Source: Thermoproteota archaeon
GTDB lineage: Archaea; Korarchaeota; Korarchaeia; Korarchaeales; Korarchaeaceae
Assembly: GCA_027491735.1 (NCBI GenBank)
Contig: JAOZGP010000002.1
Coordinates: forward strand, 1 to 19,952
DNA length: 19,952 nt
Direction: 5' to 3'
The position numbers and the translations under genes were made by a program. Numbering within the stretch: the first letter of the stretch is position 1; every line of letters starts with the position of its first letter. A model generated the notes under the pieces. It did not search any database. It was not told the origin of the DNA and saw nothing but the letters and a program-made list of their open reading frames with translations. This document shows positions 1 through 7,550 of the stretch, piece after piece.

Positions 1-140
1 TTGGGCTTGACAGCCGTCCATGGCCACATAACCCTGACCCGAGGACGAGGTGGGCTCCCTAAGGAGGTTCCATCGAGGTCCTGCTGCAGCACAACACGCT
101 ATTTGAGCGGAATGAGGCGGCGGGACAAAAGCGGTTGATC

Positions 141-896
141 TCATCTCTCAACTATCTCGAACGTGTAGGTCTCGCATCCACTGAGGTAGCTGGTCCACAT
201 TCCTCTCTTCAGCTTCTCCACGGCGTCCTCAACATCGACTGTCTTCATGCTCGACACATGAGTTATGCCGGTCCCGTGGAGCAGGTCTGGATGGACTTGA
301 GCTGTGGGTCCCATGGCTATCACTATCTCAGCGCTCTTGGCGTAGCTCCTCACAACTTCCGCGACGCCGCTCATGAGGGAGTACCCGTCCATCATCACGA
401 TATCCGCTGTGTTGAGGTGCTCAGGCAGCAGACCTAATGGAAGATCGTTCTCGGATCTAGTTCCATCTCTGAACACGATAAAGTCACATCCCCGCATCTT
501 CGGAAGGGGTAGGTCTTCTCCGCTCACCACCACAAGCCGAACACCCGGCCTCAGATGATCGTGAAGGGCGTAGAAGGGATCTGTGAGGTTATCCTCTCTA
601 TTTAGGTTTATATGGTGCTGGGAGACCGCGTTCACAGCAGCGAAGCCCACTGCCCTCTCGAGCATGTTGTTGCTGGTCAGGAGGGAGATGGCATCCTTGA
701 GATCCCTCACAGACCTCGGAGGTTTGATCCTTGGTCTGTCCACTAGATATCTCATCGGTGTGGGAGCTACTCCCAGGCTTCTCCCATTCCCTCCATCGAC
801 GACGACAAAGGTGTATGGTATTCCAATGAAGATATCCCTTAAGGAGAGTCCATTTGACAGAGGAACCGATCTCCTGAGGATATCTCTTAGGATCAT
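141..896 (-). CDS. DUF364 family (Rossmann-like, putative metal-chelation) protein
   Basis: 251 aa; N-terminal 'IFIGIPYTFVVV..G..LGVA', 'ERAVGFAAVNAVSQ', C-terminal 'IAMGPTAQVHPDLL..GITHV' match my recollection of DUF364/DUF4213 proteins. Confidence 0.8.
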   Translation of the reverse strand: MILRDILRRSVPLSNGLSLRDIFIGIPYTFVVVDGGNGRSLGVAPTPMRYLVDRPRIKPPRSVRDLKDAISLLTSNNMLERAVGFAAVNAVSQHHINLNREDNLTDPFYALHDHLRPGVRLVVVSGEDLPLPKMRGCDFIVFRDGTRSENDLPLGLLPEHLNTADIVMMDGYSLMSGVAEVVRSYAKSAEIVIAMGPTAQVHPDLLHGTGITHVSSMKTVDVEDAVEKLKRGMWTSYLSGCETYTFEIVER

Positions 897-1188
897 ATTA
901 ACGAACCTAATTAGTTAGAAAAGCTAACTTCTATTAAACGGTTTCCTGACGTGACGCGAGCACTTGAACTATGGCCCGAGCGATCCTTCTCAGAGGTATT
1001 TTCCCTCATGAGGATCTGGCGAGAAAAAGATGGGTGATAATTACTGCCTAGCTCACACGTGAGATTTTCTTTCAGTCCCCCCGGGATCTCGAAAAGGACC
1101 CCAAGACTCAGGTAACAAACGGTGATGCAGGTCTCCCATCTGATATAGCACTTTTTAGAGCTACTAATTCTGGTGAGGGCGCAGTATC

Positions 1189-1287
1189 ATGGTGACGCTG
1201 GAGACTGTTAGGAAGTACGTTGAGAGCAAGAGAGGCGTGCTTAGCAAGGAGCACCCTCGCTCTGAGCGTAAACGGCCACTATATTAG
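1189..1287 (+). pseudogene. Short fragment resembling the C-terminal helix of an IS200/IS605 TnpA (Y1) transposase
   Basis: MVTLETVRKYVESKR resembles the TnpA 'VSLETIKKYIExQ' catalytic-Tyr helix; in-frame F-W-stop lies just upstream; no HUH motif and no tnpB. Could instead be the N-terminus of another small gene (GGTGAGG at 1172-1178). Confidence 0.35.
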
Positions 1288-1357
1288 AAGCTAGCCATAC
1301 CAACGAAACCATAGACACTATCAACTTACTTCTTAGGATTCTTAACAGCTCCTTCAT
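1241..1357 (-). pseudogene. 38-codon ORF that is essentially a signal peptide (truncated secreted or pilin-like gene)
   Basis: MKELLRILRSKLIVSMVSLVWLASNIVAVYA|QSEGAPC*: basic n-region, hydrophobic h-region, VYA|Q cleavage-like site, then a stop 7 codons later. Confidence 0.45.
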
Positions 1358-1398
1358 GCCGTATCCTGAGGGATAAGAGTTCATTAACTATCTTACCC

Positions 1399-1610
1399 TT
1401 AGACATCGATCTGTAACCTATACTTTGCTGGTCTTGCCTTTGGGCTATTGATCCTCTCTACGAAGCCTGCACGTTCCATAGCTTTCAAGACCTACCAGTC
1501 CAAACACTATTAGCTCCAAAGAGCTCAGCAAGATCCATCGGGCTAATCTCTATGAAGCCCGTTTCCCTAAGCTTCCTAGCTAAAGCCTCAATGTCCAAAC
1601 TAACCTTCAT
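1399..1610 (-). pseudogene. Frameshifted winged-helix DNA-binding protein
   Basis: MKVSLDIEALARKLRETGFIEISPMDLAELFGANSVWTGR, then one base missing at about 1489-1490, then LKAMERAGFVERINSPKARPAKYRLQIDV*; the joined product has the helix-turn-helix plus wing pattern. Confidence 0.65.
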
Positions 1611-1618
1611 AACAGCCT

Positions 1619-1756
1619 TCAACACAACCACCGAATAGTAGATGGGCAGGAGGTAGTTCCTAGGGGACCTGCCTTGAAGCCCCTGTAGACCTTCTCGAGG
1701 TGAGGGTCTCTCGAACCGCTCCACCACGGGTTCTGGTCCTCTATTAGATCCCACAC
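1619..1756 (-). pseudogene. N-terminal stub of a COG1373/AAA_14-type ATPase
   Basis: GTG start, MWDLIEDQNPWWSGSRDPHLEK; QNPWW followed by DxHL is typical of the N-terminus of this family; the frame stops after 45 codons without a Walker A motif; TATA box about 23-30 nt upstream. Confidence 0.6.
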
Positions 1757-1810
1757 TGAGAACTATAAGTTCTCAGGGTTTATAAATATGTGAGAGTCTT
1801 ATGGTTCTCA
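1756..1810. promoter_or_regulatory. TATA box flanked by two related palindromic operator-like sites
   Basis: Perfect inverted repeat CTGAGAACT-ATA-AGTTCTCAG (1756-1776); TTTATAAA (1779-1786); second site TGAGAgtcttatggtTCTCA (1791-1810). Confidence 0.6.
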
Positions 1811-1945
1811 TTAGTCGTCGCGCCTCAGGCGATTACTAACTCTCGGGCTCTAAGTTGATGAGAGCTGTGAAGCATTTTTCCATGCCCGATTCTTCACGCA
1901 TGAGCAAACTGTCGAGGGGCGATCGACCATATGGCTGACGATAGT

Positions 1946-2098
1946 TCATCTCTCCGTCTCCTTCAAAAGCTCCTTCAACTTCCCCTCCCTATCTAACAAG
2001 TAGCCCAGCCTCATGATGTCCTCCAGCACGTCAGTCTCCTCAACTCCCCATTTCTTATCTTCTGGTCCAATCTCTTCATGCTCGCGCGGTCCCTCCAT
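1946..2098 (-). CDS. Small acidic hypothetical protein or gene remnant (50 aa)
   Basis: MEGPREHEEIGPEDKKWGVEETDVLEDIMRLGYLLDREGKLKELLKETER*; purine-rich host-like codons, GGAGGAGGT upstream; below the ORF-track cutoff. Confidence 0.4.
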   Translation of the reverse strand: MEGPREHEEIGPEDKKWGVEETDVLEDIMRLGYLLDREGKLKELLKETER

Positions 2099-2377
2099 CC
2101 ACCAGGTGACCTCCTCCTCGCCTAAAGGCGGAGACCTCCACCGTAAACACAGCAGGCATGGAACCCATTTATTTAAATTATAAATCTTCTTTATAGTACA
2201 GGTATTCTAAAATAGATAATTGATGCTTTTATATATCGAACAAAGAGTGTCCGGCATAGCTAGAATATACTTCATCTCCTTGATCCTTGATCTCTCCCAG
2301 AAGACCGCTGTGGAATCGAGTTCCTAATTATTGGGAACCTTTTTTAGATTTCGGTCGAATCTCCAGCTGGTGATTCC

Positions 2378-2536
2378 TTGAAGGTGAGGTGTCCTCATTG
2401 CGGCTTCGTGTTCGACGTCAGCTATTCGAGGATCATGTACTGCAAGACCTGCCCCTTCGGAGCCTTCGGAGATTGCGAGAAGATAAAATGCCCCAGATGC
2501 CAGGAGGAGTTCACGCTCTATGAGAGCGAGATCTGA
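2378..2536 (+). CDS. Small Cys-rich zinc-ribbon/metal-binding protein (52 aa, 7 Cys)
   Basis: TTG start after GGTGAT (2369-2374) and a T-rich TATA-like box at about 2340-2348; MKVRCPHCGFVFDVSYSRIMYCKTCPFGAFGDCEKIKCPRCQEEFTLYESEI*. Confidence 0.8.
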   Translation: MKVRCPHCGFVFDVSYSRIMYCKTCPFGAFGDCEKIKCPRCQEEFTLYESEI

Positions 2537-3229
2537 TGAGGCTTGCTGCAAGCAAGGCGCAGGCAGATATCACAAAAAAACCACAGTCCAGCTGGTCGGT
2601 CCGAACTCAGGTCCTCCAGGGGGAGTTCTGTTGGGAAACCTGCCAGCAAGAGGATCAAATGAGCACAAAGCTTTGACCTTTGGGTAGGGCGTCTCCTGAA
2701 AGCTAACCCACCTCCCCTCATGGAAGACTATCCTAGAGTTGTAGCCGGCCATTCCTAGGCCTGCTTTGGAGCATATCTGTTTTATGTCCTCTTCCGCGAG
2801 GCCCTTAACGATACCAGCCCCCATAAGCCATCTGATCTCTAAGAAAAGCAGTCTTCTAGCTGTCCGATTATCCAACTCGACCACGGGCCTTGGCTCATAC
2901 TTGCCAACCGTTCTAGGCTGGAGCCTCACCACGAGGTATGGTCCTATCCTCTCCGATCCATTGAATATCTTGTCCTCGTACAGGACAACGGCCACATCCT
3001 TGTTTCCGTGGGAAACATAGGCAAGAGCCTCTCCAAATCCACTTGGAGAGATCTTGAGCTTCAGGACCTCTGAGGATTTCTCCAACAAGGACAGATCAAA
3101 GGTCACATCGGGCTTGTTGAGCATGACCTCCACGCTGTATCTGTCCGTCGGATTGAAGCATGCCAAGACCGAGAGAAAAGGGAGCAGGAGCAAGATCAGA
3201 GAACAGAGAAGGAGAAGGAGTGATCTCAA
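2511..3229 (-). CDS. Secreted/surface protein related to Thermococcales CGP-CTERM-anchored Cys-rich proteins; C-terminal anchor frameshifted at a T7 tract
   Basis: Signal peptide, then ACFNPTDRYSVEVMLNKP, 'LEIRWL...G' and 'GMAGYNSRI' motifs (family recalled, not searched). Frame 0 stops at 2570; the -1 frame continues VISACALLAASLIRSRSHRA* to 2511. Confidence 0.7.
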
Positions 3230-3238
3230 GGATACACC

Positions 3239-3520
3239 TCACAGCTTTCTGGTGACAGAGAACTTCAGGTCATCCAACCCTATCCTGAGCGTGATGTACT
3301 CCCCGACTCCGGAGACCGCAGCCACTGCTATGGCCGCTCTCGGTCTCAAAGAGAATCTGACCCCGAGCTTGGAGGCGACATACCTTTTCAGGAGGACTAT
3401 GAGCTCCTTAGCCCTCCACTCGTCATCCACCTCAACGTCGATGACCTTACCGACAAGCTTGCCGTCCGCTGTGACGACCTCCTTGTCGAGGATTGCGCTC
3501 AACCTCAAGGAATCACCCAA
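3239..3520 (-). CDS. PRC-barrel domain protein
   Basis: LSAILDKEVVTADGKLVGKVIDVEVD...VSGVGEYITL is the canonical PRC-barrel pattern. Confidence 0.85.
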   Translation of the reverse strand: MGDSLRLSAILDKEVVTADGKLVGKVIDVEVDDEWRAKELIVLLKRYVASKLGVRFSLRPRAAIAVAAVSGVGEYITLRIGLDDLKFSVTRKL

Positions 3521-3541
3521 ACCTTTCGGGAGCCGTAAACC

Positions 3542-3904
3542 TTAAAGATCTTCCGCGGGGTTAGATTTCCTCCTGGAAAATCCCCTCTCAAAGTCTCCTC
3601 TCTTAGCTCTCTTTAGAACCTCCTCCAGGGAAGAGAGGTAGTCGATGAGAGCTATGTACCCTTTCTCCGTGAGCTCAATTATCTTGACATATCTGAGTCT
3701 GAGAACGTCCCTTCTCTGCTTCACGAATCCCTCCTCCTCAAGTCTGCTTAGATGGCTTCCCAGGTTCCCCGGAGTGAGTTTGAGAGTTCTTTGGAGCTCA
3801 GAAAAGGTCATCTTCCCCTTAAGAAGAAGAGTCATTAGTATGAGGAGTCTCGTCGGGTGAAACTCCGATCTCCTGAGGAGATCAGCTATCCTCTCCCAGT
3901 CCAT
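3542..3904 (-). CDS. Winged-helix transcriptional regulator (ArsR/MarR-like, HTH_34 type)
   Basis: HPTRLLILMTL..MTFSELQRTLKLTPGNLGSHLSRLEEEGFV...LTEKG; ATG 3904 preferred over TTG 3916. Confidence 0.88.
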   Translation of the reverse strand: MDWERIADLLRRSEFHPTRLLILMTLLLKGKMTFSELQRTLKLTPGNLGSHLSRLEEEGFVKQRRDVLRLRYVKIIELTEKGYIALIDYLSSLEEVLKRAKRGDFERGFSRRKSNPAEDL

Positions 3905-4544
3905 CTCCAGCCTCAACCCTCGAGGCCTTGACTTGAAGCGAGATCCAGGCCGCCAGATACGGGACGTATATGAAGATGATTGCTGTAAGGAGACCCTCCT
4001 CCGGGAATAGGACAGCGAACACGCCGCCTAGGGAGACCAGAATTCCCACGAGGAGGGGTTCCTTGAGCTCTATTCCATGTCCCATCCTTGCGAGCAAGTA
4101 GAACAGTATGTTCATGATGGCCACGCACTCGTATATGCTTGCCATGAACACGCTGATTAAGATCGCTCCCTGGGCCATGGGGAGGGATATTACGACGGCG
4201 ATCATGAGGAGGAAAGCAACTCCCATCAGTTTGTGAATTCTTCTCCCTCTCTTCACAGCCAGAGTTTCCGGTCTCTCGATGTACGCATAGATCTTCATTG
4301 AGCTCTCCCAGATCTTCATGATCACGGCGAAGATTAGGGATATGCTCAGCCATATAACTGCATAGAGAACACTGCTCAGGTTGAGAAGGTAGACCAGGAT
4401 GGAAAGCCCTACGCCTACAGGAAAGGCTATAACCCAAAAGAGATAGCTGTACGAGGCTCTTCTGAGAACCTTAGCCTTCAAATACCTCCTCATGATGTGA
4501 GTCATCCTGAGGAGGTCTTCCACCTCTTCCCTCGACATCCACAA
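3882..4544 (-). CDS. Polytopic membrane protein (about 6 TM), overlapping the regulator gene
   Basis: 220 aa with several hydrophobic segments; its 3' end overlaps the start of the wHTH gene. Confidence 0.75.
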   Translation of the reverse strand: MWMSREEVEDLLRMTHIMRRYLKAKVLRRASYSYLFWVIAFPVGVGLSILVYLLNLSSVLYAVIWLSISLIFAVIMKIWESSMKIYAYIERPETLAVKRGRRIHKLMGVAFLLMIAVVISLPMAQGAILISVFMASIYECVAIMNILFYLLARMGHGIELKEPLLVGILVSLGGVFAVLFPEEGLLTAIIFIYVPYLAAWISLQVKASRVEAGDGLGEDS

Positions 4545-4644
4545 ATGATGAAGTTCTTAGAAGATTAAGTCATTTTGGTTCTCTGCCGGACAGAAATAAT
4601 GCTTCATTTTTAAGCATGCAGCATCCTGGCATAACGGTGGTCAC

Positions 4645-5556
4645 GTGCTGGAGGTGGTGAAGGTCTCCAAGAACTACGCTGACCGGAGGGTGCTAAACTC
4701 GATCACGTTCTCCGTCAAGAAGAGAGAAGTGTTTGGCCTTTTAGGACCTAACGGAGCTGGGAAGACCACACTCATGGAGATAATAGCTGGAATCAGGAAG
4801 TGCGATGAGGGGTTTGTGAGGATAAAGGGCTATGAGCCCACAAGTCTAGAGGCTAGGAGATTGATGGCCTTCAATCCACAGGAGACGCTGCTCTACGACA
4901 AACTTTCCTCCCTGGAAAACCTGGAGTTCGTCGCCTCGCTGTACGGGCTTAGCAAAAGTGAGTTCAAGAGAAAGATGGGGGAGCTGGCCTCCAAGCTGGA
5001 CATAGAGCATCTCCTCAAGAGGAGGGTAAAGAGGATGAGCGATGGTGAGAGGAGGAGGATAAGCCTGGCTGCCAGCTTGCTACATGACCCAGAAATCCTC
5101 TTGTTGGATGAACCCACTGTGGGGCTGGATCCAGACGCCAGGAGGGACTTCTGGGATCTGATAACCTCCATGAGAGAGGAGGGCAGGACCGTGCTGATCA
5201 GCACTCACTACATGGAGGAGGCAGATGAGCTCTGCGATAGAGTGGCTGTGATGGACCATGGCAGGATTGTGGCGCTGGGGACTCCTGAGGAACTCAAGAA
5301 GAGATATGGTGGCGGGGGAAGAGTCATAGTTCAACTCAGAAAGAGAGATCTTGCTAGAGCAAAGGAGACGCTGAAAGACCTATCACCTAGAGCTCATCCA
5401 AGGGGTTTGGAGATGGAAAGCAAGAGTCCCGAGAGCTTGACTGTGGAGATCTTAAACAGGCTCGAGAAGTCCGGGTTGGAGCCGCTGAGCGTGACAATAA
5501 GACCTCCAACTCTTGAGGACGTCTTCCTGAACCTCACCGGGAGGAGGTTGGAATGA
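4645..5556 (+). CDS. ABC-2 (DrrA/CcmA-type) exporter ATP-binding protein
   Basis: Walker A GPNGAGKTT, signature variant MSDGE, Walker B LLLDEPT, H-loop STHYMEEA, C-terminal PTLEDVFL. Confidence 0.95.
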   Translation: MLEVVKVSKNYADRRVLNSITFSVKKREVFGLLGPNGAGKTTLMEIIAGIRKCDEGFVRIKGYEPTSLEARRLMAFNPQETLLYDKLSSLENLEFVASLYGLSKSEFKRKMGELASKLDIEHLLKRRVKRMSDGERRRISLAASLLHDPEILLLDEPTVGLDPDARRDFWDLITSMREEGRTVLISTHYMEEADELCDRVAVMDHGRIVALGTPEELKKRYGGGGRVIVQLRKRDLARAKETLKDLSPRAHPRGLEMESKSPESLTVEILNRLEKSGLEPLSVTIRPPTLEDVFLNLTGRRLE

Positions 5557-6731
5557 ACGCCCTGCTTCATGTGGCAAAGAAGGATGTTCTGATCTTCCTG
5601 AGATCAAAGTCAGCTCTGTTCTGGACCATAGGCTTTCCAGCTTTCATAGCTCTCTTCTTCTCGGCGATCTTCGGAGGGCAGGGAGTCACCATAACTGTTG
5701 GGGTTATCAACAACGACGTTGGAGATATGAGCACTTACGTAGTTAGAGCACTGAACCTGACGAACGTGCTCAGACCTGAGAACTACACCTCTCTCAGCGA
5801 GGCCTTGAGCGATCTGAGGTCTCACAAGATAGCGGCAGTGATCCTGATACCAGAAAACTTCACGAAGTGCACCAAATATGGAGAGATAGCCCATATAAAG
5901 GTTCTCATGAGAGGGGGAGACTTTCAAGTCGAAAGCATGATTAGAGGAGTGCTCTCCGAGGTGATTGACGAGTTCGCCAGTAGGTACAGAGCCGCAACAT
6001 TGGCGCATATGCCTCCGATGATGAGATTCGAGAACTTCACCGTCACGAGGGAGCAGGTTGCCAAGTACATGGAGCTCGCAGCCGAACCGATAAACGTGAC
6101 CTATGAAGGTGTGATTGTGAAGGAGACCAACTTATGGAGCAATAAGGCCCACTGGATAGCTGTGATGATAGGATACTCCTTCATCTTCTCCGGGATGGTT
6201 ACCTGTGCTGATAAGATGGTTGAGGAGAGGACTAAAAAGGTGCTGAAGAGGATAGTGTCCTCACCGGTCTCGAGGAAAAGCATTCTCATCGGGAAGCTGC
6301 TGGGATCCCTTGCCATACTGACTATATCACAGCTCGTGCTTGTAGCTGTGATCCTGGCCATCCTGAGACCTGAGGTCACGTGGAATCCGCTCGTGATTCC
6401 ACTGATCATTGCAGGGGACCTCACGGGCATGGGGATAGGCATGGCTGTGGCCGAGCTCGCCAGGGACACGGAGGCCATCTCGGGGATCGTGACAGCTGTC
6501 GGGATAATGCTTCAGTTTTTCACGGGAATATACTTCCCGGTGGATTTCCTCCCTAACGGCATGAGAACTGTTGCTGAGCTAATACCTTTCACGAAGGCTG
6601 TGGAAGCATTGGATAGGATGCTTCAGGGCGTTGCTGTGAGCGTCTCACCTGTGATATACCTCTCTGTCTGGGCTGCTGTCATGCTTGCCGCTAGCATAGC
6701 CCTGTTCCCGAGGTGGGCAGGTCAGGACTGA
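5553..6731 (+). CDS. ABC-2 type exporter permease
   Basis: N-terminal TM, large extracytoplasmic loop, 'EER...LKRI..SPV....GK', C-terminal TM bundle with 'G.YFP...LP'; ATGA overlap with the ATPase gene. Confidence 0.92.
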   Translation: MNALLHVAKKDVLIFLRSKSALFWTIGFPAFIALFFSAIFGGQGVTITVGVINNDVGDMSTYVVRALNLTNVLRPENYTSLSEALSDLRSHKIAAVILIPENFTKCTKYGEIAHIKVLMRGGDFQVESMIRGVLSEVIDEFASRYRAATLAHMPPMMRFENFTVTREQVAKYMELAAEPINVTYEGVIVKETNLWSNKAHWIAVMIGYSFIFSGMVTCADKMVEERTKKVLKRIVSSPVSRKSILIGKLLGSLAILTISQLVLVAVILAILRPEVTWNPLVIPLIIAGDLTGMGIGMAVAELARDTEAISGIVTAVGIMLQFFTGIYFPVDFLPNGMRTVAELIPFTKAVEALDRMLQGVAVSVSPVIYLSVWAAVMLAASIALFPRWAGQD

Positions 6732-6763
6732 AAGTTTTTCTCCTCAGATTCCACTTTTTCCTG

Positions 6764-7528
6764 ATGAGGCTCGGGGAATACAAAGTTGTTCTATGGCTCG
6801 CACTTCCTCAGCTCATTGCGGCTCTCCTGTCTGCGAGCACAACAAGCCCGCCTCAGGTGGACCTCTCCGTCACCGAGTCGGTGGGCCTCACGGTTCTCTA
6901 CATAGGGATGATAGCCATCGCAACTGCGGTCCTCGTCGTTCTCCTCAAGAGGGGATTCAACAGGTTGATAAGAGTTTTGACAGGTGCCTTGCTCTTCTAC
7001 GGGGCAACAACTTCCCTCTGGGAGGCCCTGAACCCCATTAAGATGGATCTCCTCTCAATACCGTTGGCCGCCCTCGTCTCCCTCCTGGGCATGAAACCTG
7101 GGAGCGTAGGGAACGCGGCCAGGTGCGCTTTAGCAGCTCTGTTGTCCTATCTGGTGATGAGGATTTTCCCATGGAATTTCATAACGATCTTTCTGGTCGC
7201 TTTATCCCTATACGATGCTTACTCTGTGTTTAAAGGACCTCTCTCATCCCTGTTTCGCTTATCCGTGGAGGAGACTCTTCAACCTATGTTTATAATCCAC
7301 GGAAGAGCAGCAATCGGGTTAGGGGATCTCTTCTCCTACGCGTTGGCCACCTCCACATCCCTGAGAGCGATGTCCCTTCCACTCTCCCTCGTGCCGATAG
7401 CACTCCTCAACCTGGGGGTTGTGGTGACGCTGTATCTGCTCTACTCCAGGAGGAGACCTCTACCAGGACTGACGATACCTGTTCTCCTGTGGGCCTCCTC
7501 ACTGGTCCTGCTCAGTCGGATCTCATGA
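6764..7528 (+). CDS. Presenilin/signal-peptide-peptidase family intramembrane aspartyl protease (peptidase A22)
   Basis: Polytopic; YD motif (LSLYDAYSVFKGP), GxGD (IGLGD), PAL-equivalent LPGL; start moved to ATG 6764 to avoid overlap. Confidence 0.85.
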   Translation: MRLGEYKVVLWLALPQLIAALLSASTTSPPQVDLSVTESVGLTVLYIGMIAIATAVLVVLLKRGFNRLIRVLTGALLFYGATTSLWEALNPIKMDLLSIPLAALVSLLGMKPGSVGNAARCALAALLSYLVMRIFPWNFITIFLVALSLYDAYSVFKGPLSSLFRLSVEETLQPMFIIHGRAAIGLGDLFSYALATSTSLRAMSLPLSLVPIALLNLGVVVTLYLLYSRRRPLPGLTIPVLLWASSLVLLSRIS

Positions 7529-7550
7529 TCAAAGCAGGAGATGAGGGAAA

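Noticed and set aside
95-140. AGCGGAATG...ACAAAAGCGG resembles the 3' conserved regions of RNase P RNA
   Set aside because: The terminal GCTTA/GCTAT element and the expected upstream motifs are missing, and the region is cut by the window edge
1857-1938. C/D-box sRNA (TGATGA...CTGA)
   Set aside because: Internal C'/D' boxes are poor and the spacing is atypical
2324-2551. 75-aa minus-strand ORF and the many other antisense ORFs in the track
   Set aside because: They shadow better-supported genes on the opposite strand or frame; this one lies opposite the Cys-rich ORF
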